Shown in pieces: positions 53,839-64,000 of a DNA stretch of 64,000 nt. The notes beneath the pieces were generated by a model that saw nothing but the letters and a program-made list of their open reading frames with translations, was not told the DNA's origin and searched no databases. The translations under genes and the position numbers were made by a program. The stretch spans positions 114,948,001 to 115,012,000 of the forward strand of contig OX597818.1 in NCBI GenBank assembly GCA_951406725.2, in the 5' to 3' direction. Position 1 is the stretch's first letter. Each line of letters opens with the position of its first letter. This DNA is from Octopus vulgaris. Its lineage: Eukaryota.

Positions 53839-56315
53839 CGACAAATATCCGTCAAATATAAATAATGTAAATAATTCAATAAAACTATCTGTTCTGAATT
53901 GAGTACAATTTGGGTGTTCTCTGTCTAGAAAGCAAGCATGTTGCCTCCATCGCAGTTACGTAAATGCCATATGGAATACAAAAATGTTTTAGTTCAACAA
54001 AGGTGTTTCTGATGCTGCTAAATTTGTGCACCATCATTTATTTATTTTTTATTTATTTTTCTTATTTACTTTTTGAACGCGCGCGCGTATGTGTCTTGTT
54101 TACAAAGTTTAATGAAGTATGTGAAATATTTATCGTGAAATGTGTTTTATTCAGACTAGTGACGTAGCAATGAAAAATAGCAAAGGTCTTTCTCGTTTTT
54201 ATCATTGTTATTTTTTTTTTTTGTTGACATTGTTATATTTCCTTTGAATTGATACAATAATATAATTTTTGTCTTGAATATTTCTAAATATCTGTTTGTT
54301 TGTGTTGTAAACTTTGTGTAGCTTTATATGTATTTTAGAGACTGTTCTCTCCAAATTCGTCGCTTTTGTCGTTCTCTTGTGGCGTCTATGCTTCAGTAAG
54401 AGAAATTTTTCGACACCATTCAATCCTGACAATTTTGGTATTCCTTTCTTTTGAGCATATTGGTTTCAAGGCCAGAAATTTTGGGGAAGGGGTTAAGTCG
54501 CTTACATCAATATCTGTATTCAACGACCCCGAAAGAATGGAAACCAGAGTCCATCCCAACAGCATTTGAACTCAGAACGTAATGTTGGAAGAAATCTCGC
54601 TAAGTATTCTCGGTTCTATTTTACCAGCTCGCCACCATTTTTAGCATGTTTTACATGTTTCAAATTTTGGTACAGACCAGCAGTATTGGTTACATCAACC
54701 TCAGTGTATAACTGGTACTTATTTTATCGACTTCGAAAAGATGAAAAGCAAAGTCGACCCAACGGCATTTGAACTCAGGACGGTAAGTCCGAAGTAATGA
54801 CGAACCATTTTTGTCCGCCGCGGTAAGGATTCTACTACCACGCCGCATCTTTTAGCGTATCATATTAATTACTAGATTATATTTAACCATGTTTTATATT
54901 CTGAGGACGATTCCTTAAAAACCGAGCGACTGACATAAAAATCTCCTCATTCGGTTTTAGCTAAAATATTAACATGAATGGATTGTAGTTAAGTAGTGAA
55001 ATGGGATACACTAAAATATCAAATCTAACCTTCGAGGTATAAAATTCATTCAATAACTTAGATTGCTAAGGAACTAGAGGATCAACAAATTTTAAAATTC
55101 TAGTAATAACATAAGAAATAAACATTGCATCCCACTCATCTCATTCGAATACGAAATTTTGATTTAAATCTTATAACTCTTGAACTATATATATGACATG
55201 ATAAATAGGATAGACGAATGAGTGGTGAGGAAGCGGGAGAGATTTCGTGTTCGAGGAACCTATTGACCAGAAACAGTTCAAACTACTTTAGTACTAAAAT
55301 AAACTTGAAAACATGGCTGTTACCTCTCGTTTCGAAAAGTCAGATGTAGGTTAATACGAATGCAAATGTAGAAATAATCTCTAAAATTTGTATTAACAAA
55401 GCCAGATGTTACACCAAGAAGCCAAAATGTCGCAGATGGCACCACATCGATTTAAGTTTGTGGTAAGATTTTTTTTTCCTTCACATTCTCAATGTTAAAA
55501 TGAATAAGTGTGGCTATTAAAGTCACGTGATAATCCGTTTTGACGATTGTTTTTATTTCTTTAAATTTAATTTATATTTCATGGTTATTTTGTCTTTTAT
55601 GCATTCGGTTAAAGGCATTGGTTCTACTTTTTACAAGGAGTAAAGGCAATGAATAAGAGCAATTACAAATGCCTGTACAAGTTATCTGTGCAAATGAGAA
55701 GTCGAAATCTGTAAGAACAAAAATCATATTTGCTATACAAACATGCACGTAATCTTGCATGTATAACTATGATATAGCTCTCATATTACCAAGTATAACC
55801 ACCTTCTGCGCATTTTTTGACTCCTTTAACATATAGTCGCCATTTTGCAATGGCTTCACGTTGAGGAAGTTATTCACTATGGTAATAAAATCAGTCTTCG
55901 GAGAACCTGATATATGTATTAATCTGCTCTGGGTGTCGAGAGCAATAGATAGGCCAAACAAAAAACAGTCTAAGTCAAAGGATGACTCTGCACAGATCCC
56001 AGATCAAAATTCCGAAAAAAACAAGAAAATAGCATTCAGCGAACACTTCGACATTTGCGCCAATAACAAACAACACAGCTTCAGAAATTTTCCGTCTATC
56101 AATTCAGGGACGATACAACCTGTAGTCAGCGCATATGTAGCGTCATTCTCTATTACAAAATATAAACCCCTTTTGAATGCATCCACCACAAATGACACTA
56201 TCACCAGGGCCTTAGAATAACACCCACGCAAATATTGAAAACGATATATTGAAAACAGTCACTTCACATGAATTTATTCAGAACAATTCCAATCAGAACT
56301 ATTACAACCACAACA

Positions 56316-56953
56316 TCCTATTTCTTTACTACCCACAAGGGGCTAAACACAGAGACGACAAACAAGGACAGACAAACGGATTAAGTCGATTACATCGACC
56401 TCAGTGCGTAACTGGTACTTATTTAATCGACCCCGAAAGGATGAAAGGCAAAGTTGACCTCGGCGGAATTTGAACTCCGAACGTAGCGGCAGACGAAATA
56501 CCGCTAGGCATTTCGCCCAGTGTGCTAACGTTTCTTATTTCTTTATTACCCACAAGGGGCTAAGCATAGAGGGGACAAAAAAAGGACAGACAAAGGGACT
56601 AAGTTGGTTACATCGACCCCAGTGCGTAACTGGTACTTAATTTATCGATCCCGAAAGGATGATAGGCAAAGTCGACATCGGAGGAATTTGAACTCAGAAC
56701 GTAACGGCAGACGAAATACCTATTTCTTTATTACCCACAAGGGGCTAAACACAGAGCGGACAAACAAGGACAGACATAGGTATTAAGTCGATTACGTCGA
56801 CCCCAGTGCGTAACTGGTACTTAATTTATCGACCCCGAAAGGATGAAAGGCAAAGTCGACCTCGGCGAAATTTGAACTCAGAACGTAACGGCAGACGAAA
56901 TACTGTTAGGCATTTCGCCCGGCGTGCTAACGCTTCTGCCCACTCGCCACCTT
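56316..56953 (-). mobile_element. SINE family B trimer
   Basis: Three units with the same two junction types as 2797-3413. Confidence 0.85.
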
Positions 56954-57749
56954 AAACATAACTAATAATAGAACTGGAAGTCGTTTGAAGTGCGTTCTTA
57001 GCTAGATCTGCAATAGTGTACTTGGTTAGCATAAGACTTAAGAATGACGGTAGAACAGTGACTAATGAATACAATATATAAGCAGAATGTTTTTTTTGTC
57101 CATCCTCGATCTAAGACAGTTGTGTGAAAGGAAGTTAGAAAGAAAGTGCAAAATAAATTATTCTGAGATATAAATAAGATAGAATAGACTTTATATTGCA
57201 GGGTGAGAGTTACAGCTGTTTATGGTTTGGTGAAGTGAATCCATGAATGACAAAGCGATGTAAAAGCGGAGTACGACGTCACTTTTTGTTGTGCAAATTA
57301 TAGCTTACCTTGGAATATCCGCTTCTCAGGGGATAAATGTATGACATGACATTCTTTTAACTTGACTTCCAGGTCATGCCCTTCCCACGTTTACTTTCAC
57401 TGTCTCCCTGCCAATTGTTTTGTCTCTCCCCCGCCCCGACTCTTGCCCAAATCTATTTTTGTAAATATCAAAGGTGTGTAAATAAGTACACAGTCATAAG
57501 TACATATATTCACGTGTACAGATATGAGGGCCCGCACAAGTTATATCGTCATGGGTTTGCCAACCGCCTCTCAAATACTTACACTTCCGTGTCTGTAGAA
57601 GTGTGGGATGGGGTTCTGTGTGCGCATGCAATGAAGGGTATGCCTATCTGCAGAGTGCTCAGTCCCTTGCACGTTAATTTCACGAGCTGGCTGTTCCGTA
57701 GATCGGATCAACTGGAAGCCTCGTCGTCGTAACCGACGGAGTACCAGTA

Positions 57750-57782
<33 letters not shown>

Positions 57783-57800
57783 TGTGTGTGTGTGCATGTA

Positions 57801-57851
<51 letters not shown>

Positions 57852-58156
57852 ATACGAAAATACGTTTTCACGTAAATATTTCTAAGCAATAGCTATATAT
57901 ACATATATATTACACACACACATCTACATACACATACACATACACACACATACTACTACTATTACTACTTCCATTCGATACCGGATTTTACCACACCCTA
58001 CTAGCTTTACAGGTTCGTGACTGTAGACATACATGCATATATGTATGTGTAAGTATGCATGCGTGTACATAAGCATGGATCTGCATACGTATATACATGT
58101 ATGTAGGCACGTATGTATGTAGTTAGGTAGGTTGGTAGGTACGTACGTATGTATGT

Positions 58157-58435
58157 ACGAGGGAGAGTCAAAAGTTATACACGCTGTTGTTTTTTCAATG
58201 AATTTACACAAACGCAATGCATAAACAGGTACACATTTTTCTATATAGTCTCTTTCCTTTTCGATGCCCTTGGTACAGCGGTCCACAAACCTGCATGTTC
58301 CCTCCAAAAAGAAGGTTTTCGGTTAGTCGTGCAACCATTTATGTACCACTTCCTTCACATTTTCAGCCGTAGAAAATCGATGACCCTGTAAACCATCTTT
58401 GAGCAGTTCAAAGATATGATAGTCGGAAGTGTCAT
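58157..58435 (-). mobile_element. mariner transposon 3' end
   Basis: SDYHIFELLKDGLQGHRFS...KWL...DYIEK; terminus tacgaggg. Confidence 0.8.
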
Positions 58436-58597
58436 AAGTCAAAAACGTTGCTTTTCCAGCAAACGAAACAATAGTTTCACCATTCCATAGCAAAACCGTT
58501 GTACTAGACTTTGACAATTTTTGATATCTTGACATTTGAAGCAGCTGGAGATACGATAGTTTGACCAAAAGAACCGGCTGTTGCAAACAAAAATAAA

Positions 58598-58760
58598 TCT
58601 CTCTATATATAAAGCTGAAGTTGTCTGTGTATGGCAGGTTTGGTAGCCTTCAACTAACACTATCTCCTCCGAGACCCTGCAGCGCAAGTTGACCAAAATT
58701 GAGAGTATAATAGAAGAAGGCTTGCTCTTCCTTCCGTAGAAGAAAAACTTCAAATCGGAC
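58598..58760 (+). mobile_element. Helitron-like 5' end fragment
   Basis: a|tctctctatatataaagctgaagttgtctgtg start typical of non-autonomous Helitrons. Confidence 0.4.
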
Positions 58761-59234
58761 CCTTCCCCACAAAATTTCTAACCGTCTGCCTGTTCTAGAG
58801 AGAATCTCAGTAGTAATGACCGTTAGAAAATGGTAATTACTAAAATAAGATCCTAAGTTATCTGATGCTATGGGTTCTGCAATTTAAACAAAGTTCTTAC
58901 TATAATGCTATCTTTTTTATATACATTTTATATACATTTTGCAATCTTGAATTACTCGACCAGAAAATTTGCATGAAAGGAATTTATTAACTCTCGTTAA
59001 AACTATAAAATTAAAGTATATCAACAAAAGTTAGCTGGTGTTTTTCAACAGTTGGTCTGTTGTAGTAATTTGCCAAGCTTTTGGAAAAACCATATGCACG
59101 ATTCTATTATGTTTGGCAGTAGATCACTCTCATTTAGTTCCTTGGCAGCACCATTCTTTCTCACTGCAAATAAGCGTAAAACCTTCACGTAGGCAATATC
59201 TTCACTTTTTATGTCTTATGATTTGGGATAAATA

Positions 59235-59235
59235 A

Positions 59236-59321
<86 letters not shown>

Positions 59322-59358
59322 GGATGGATGGATGGATGGATGGATGGATGGATGGATG

Positions 59359-59433
<75 letters not shown>

Positions 59434-59467
59434 CGATCGATCGATCGATAGCTAGATAGATAGATAT

Positions 59468-59533
<66 letters not shown>

Positions 59534-59590
59534 GGATGGATGGATGGATGGATGGATGGAATGATAGATAGATAGATAGATAAATAGATA
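59235..59590. repeat. (GATA)n/(GGAT)n microsatellite
   Basis: Direct reading. Confidence 0.95.
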
Positions 59591-60824
59591 TACACCTGGT
59601 CTCCTTGATCGATAACCATCCTAAAGAATGAAATCACCGTTTTGGATCTTTTAGACCATCTTTAGCATTTCCGAACACTATCACAGTATATAGTACATAG
59701 GTTTTCTTGTTGCGTGTGGCATTGATGCCCTTAAGAAATTCGTAAAGCACATCACCATACTGAATATGCAGCTCATTAACGTCTTTGTTTTCCATGGACG
59801 ATCAGACAGAACATACACAGACAAAGTTCGTGTCCACTTTAACGTTTGATTATCAAATCTACGTTCATTGGTTGATTGTAAAGACACATTTTATTGTCTT
59901 GGAAACTATATTTGTGGTTTGACGTCAGACTATTTGTTTGAAAGCAGATTACTTTTCGGTACACTTAATTTATAGGTGTGTGTTTGTGTGTATGTGTGTG
60001 GGTATGTGTGTGTGCGTATGTGCATGTGTCTGCGTCTGTATATCTGTGTGTGTGTGTGTGTGTGTGTGTTTATATGCGTTTGTGTGTTTGTGAGTGTGTG
60101 TGTGTGCGTGTGTGCATGTGTCTGCGTGTGTATATCTGTGTGTGTACGCGTGTTTTTGTATTTGGGATTGTTGCACCAGAACGTGACAACAGGTGTTGGC
60201 CTGCTTCGTCCCCGTGATGTAGCAGCTCGCCAAAAGAAACCGATAAAATAAGTACCAGACTCTAGAATAAATAATGCGATCGATTTGGTCGACTAAACCC
60301 GTTCAATATGGCTACAGCTTAATGACTTAAACATGTAAATAATAAAAGATTAAAGATATATACACACCCTCACATATCTATTTACAATTTTCTTTTTCTC
60401 CATTTTAATACAGAATGCTGACGAGGGAAGCCTCTAATTGGTAGTACCATCTGCTAGAAGCAGTAGCCAAAACACCATCAAATTACACCTTACCTTCTGA
60501 AAAAAGGTATGAGTTATTAGACAATACGAGCCCATAAAAAGTCAAACAAATCATGCCTGGAATAAAGTTGATGGGTCTTCTTAATCAGGACTTACAAGGA
60601 GGCTGAACAAGATCATCTTCGTCAACAACTGCAACAGCAACAACACCTACTACTACTACTACTACTATTACTACTATTAGAGTTCTTCATTTGTGGGGCT
60701 TGGCTCTCCATGAAATTGATATGCAGATATAGTTGCTCTCTCCTAATGGAAGTAAGCCGGACTTGAAATTTATATTGACATTATTGGAAGCTCGAATTGC
60801 GATAGCAAGGCAACATCTGCAGCA

Positions 60825-60905
<81 letters not shown>

Positions 60906-61106
60906 CAGAGAGAGAGAGAAGCTCGTACACTATCTTGTTGAACTTTTCTGAAATGAAATTAATAGCATTCTTAAAATAACTGATTTACTTGCGACGTGAC
61001 AGGAAATAAACACTGGCACAGACGCTGCTTCAAGGAACGCAAGCAAATCCTATCTAACAGATGAAAGAAAAACCCAAAGCAAAATAATAATAATAATAAT
61101 AATAAC

Positions 61107-61142
<36 letters not shown>

Positions 61143-61715
61143 CACTGGCTGGACCCGTGAAAAGTTCACGGAAAACATAAAAAGATGTAAGCATCTGTAA
61201 ACAGGGTACTGGTGCCATGAGAAATGTTTGTGTATTATGACCGTCTGTCTTTACGTTCTGAGTTCAAATTCTGCTGAGGTCGACTTTGTCTTTCGTCCTT
61301 TCGGAGTCGATAAATTAAGTATCAGTTGTGTGCTGGGGTCGATCTAATCAACTGCCCCACTCCCCCAAAACAATTCAGGCCTAGAAAAGTACATTGTGAC
61401 AGTTACATAAAATGATTATATAATGATTATGTAATCCAACCAAAATATCTCAGTTTGACAAACGTAAACAGAATTATTATTTAACGTTAAAATACATCGT
61501 ACACATTCAAAGAACCTTCTTGGTTTAGTGAAACGGAACATTTTTCTGGTATTCTTTTATTCATTTATTTAATTCAGTCATTTGACGGTGGCCATGCTGG
61601 AGCAGCACCCTTTAGTCGAAGAAATTGACCCCTGGATTTATTCCCTATAAGCCTGGTGCTTATTCTATCAGTCTCTTCCGCTGAACACCTTGTTTCGCAT
61701 TTATGTGGTTATTCT

Positions 61716-61810
<95 letters not shown>

Positions 61811-61812
<2 letters not shown>

Positions 61813-62030
61813 CGGAATGGTCATTTTTGCCAGTTTAGCCAATAAAAACACACGCACTATATATTTGGTGTTATTTTGCTTCAGTGTTATTTATTTTTAA
61901 CATTAATCTTAATCTTATTTCGGTCAGAGTTCTTTCGTCACACTCCTGTGACCGCATCAGTGGTCCTTTGTTTTCCTCTTTCTTATTTGTGTCTCTCTTT
62001 ACTAACCGTCTAAAAAAATCTTGCACAACA
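61811..62030 (-). mobile_element. Small element between (TA)n tracts with degenerate HHR-like motif (61922-61966)
   Basis: Minus strand: ggacca-CTGATGC-g-gtcac-aggagt-gtgac-GAAA-gaac-TC-tgacc. Confidence 0.4.
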
Positions 62031-62031
62031 A

Positions 62032-62102
<71 letters not shown>

Positions 62103-62105
<3 letters not shown>

Positions 62106-62440
62106 TGATCCCTCGACTATCGCGGGTGTTAAGTTTCAAAACACCCTGCGATAGGAGAAAATCCGCGAAGGAGAAACAGTAGTGTGCTGTATACTTTTAT
62201 TATTATTATTTTTATAATTTGTATATATTTATTCTATTATAAATGCAAAACAACACCACGGAGGTATCGACATATACTTAGTTTCAAGCGGCTCCATTTA
62301 ATTGAACCATGCAATCATTACATCAATTTCAAGGCAGTATCGACTATCGCGGGTGTTACCTTCCAAAACCCCCACGATGTGTAGAAAAACAGTAGTGTAC
62401 TGAATACATATTTTCTATTATTTTCATAAATTGTATATAT
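62103..62440 (+). mobile_element. Tigger/pogo-like MITE end with internal direct duplication
   Basis: tcgactatcgcgggtgtta at about 62113 and 62340, each followed by aaacagtagtg and an AT-rich tract. Confidence 0.45.
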
Positions 62441-62744
62441 TTACGAAGTTTGATCAAAGAGTATCGGAATCGTTGCTATGGTAACGAAGCTATAGTATGC
62501 AAAGTGAAGCCGATTGGCACAGATTGACCTTGGACTCTGTTGCGCGTGCACACTAGGTTATAATGAACTCGCTCGCTTTAATTATTTTGCAACGGCCTTG
62601 GAAGTCGAGTGTATATAGCGTCTAGCTTGCATGTGCATTGTTGCAATGTTTCGATACATAAAGTAATTTCTACCGGGAGACTTCTCTATATTTCAACAAA
62701 TGTATGTGTATATACCAAGCGTATATGAGTATGTGTGTTTGTGT

Positions 62745-63246
<502 letters not shown>

Positions 63247-64000
63247 GTGTGTACGGAGCTGAAATTTTGAATTAACTGTGCAGAGGTTGAATATTGATTG
63301 TGAGTGACTTTAGGCAGATGAACAGTTTCTGAAACAACATTAGAACATCTGCGTACACAGCAAAGGAATCGTTCCAGGAATGACAAAATTTTACAGCGTA
63401 CCATCCCTCGAAATTTGTAATATAAATATAATTATTCAATAAATCAAACTTTGCCTTCTTAAGCAAAAATCAAGAAATGGTGCATACAAAGCTTATTTAA
63501 CAATCCGTATGTAATAATTGATTAAAAAAAATTGTACATAGAAATTGAAGATTATTTAGATTGGAAAATACCATTACGTTTGTCATTGAACAATCTTAAC
63601 TAATCGTAAAATACGAAATCCATTCGAATTACTCAAATTGTTTTGCCACTCACTTCATCTTACGACTGCCGCAAAATATCGAATTGCCCTTGGCTATAAT
63701 TTTGCCCTTTGTATAAACTTGACTAGTTTTTGGGGTTTTCTTGCAGCTACAAGAAACAGGTAGCAAATTTGTTCATTTGTACACTACGTGATCGTTAAAA
63801 TGGCCACTGCGTGCGGGAGCACAAAATTGATTAATCCGTCTGTCTAGATGCTTTGAGTTGTGTTTTTGAAATGAAACTTACGAAATGTTTCTTGTGTGTT
63901 TGTGCGCTTGGTTGTTTCTAAGCACAAATAATCTATACATGAACGTATGTATAAATGTGTGTTCAGGAACAGCTATGTCATTTCTGCGTGTGTGTTTGCT

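Noticed and set aside
56316-56953. Regularly spaced repeats as a CRISPR-like array
   Set aside because: Whole ~180-220-bp units repeat with no unique spacers; these are SINE multimers in a eukaryotic context.

Overview
AT-rich, repeat-saturated eukaryotic DNA. The SINE families and (TA)n/(TACA)n/(TG)n load suggest an octopus genome (inference). No host gene could be identified, and almost all listed ORFs are microsatellite artefacts. Supported content: two CR1/L2-group LINEs (one with an open 960-codon APE-RT frame, one with a single frameshift), a decayed RTE LINE, three R4/Dong-type RLE fragments, Tc1/mariner, hAT and Helitron-like remnants, and at least four tRNA-derived SINE families. The most interesting layer is a Penelope-like (PLE)/hammerhead system: two GIY-YIG fragments, about a dozen type I hammerhead ribozyme (HHR) motifs in several unrelated small elements mostly sitting in (TA)n, PLE-style inverted or partial-tandem ends, a 522-bp retrozyme-like unit, and a tRNA-headed SINE carrying an HHR with an inverted end. 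The intact LINE also shares a covarying 3' hairpin and tail with the dominant SINE. All calls were made by eye; no alignment, folding or database search was run.
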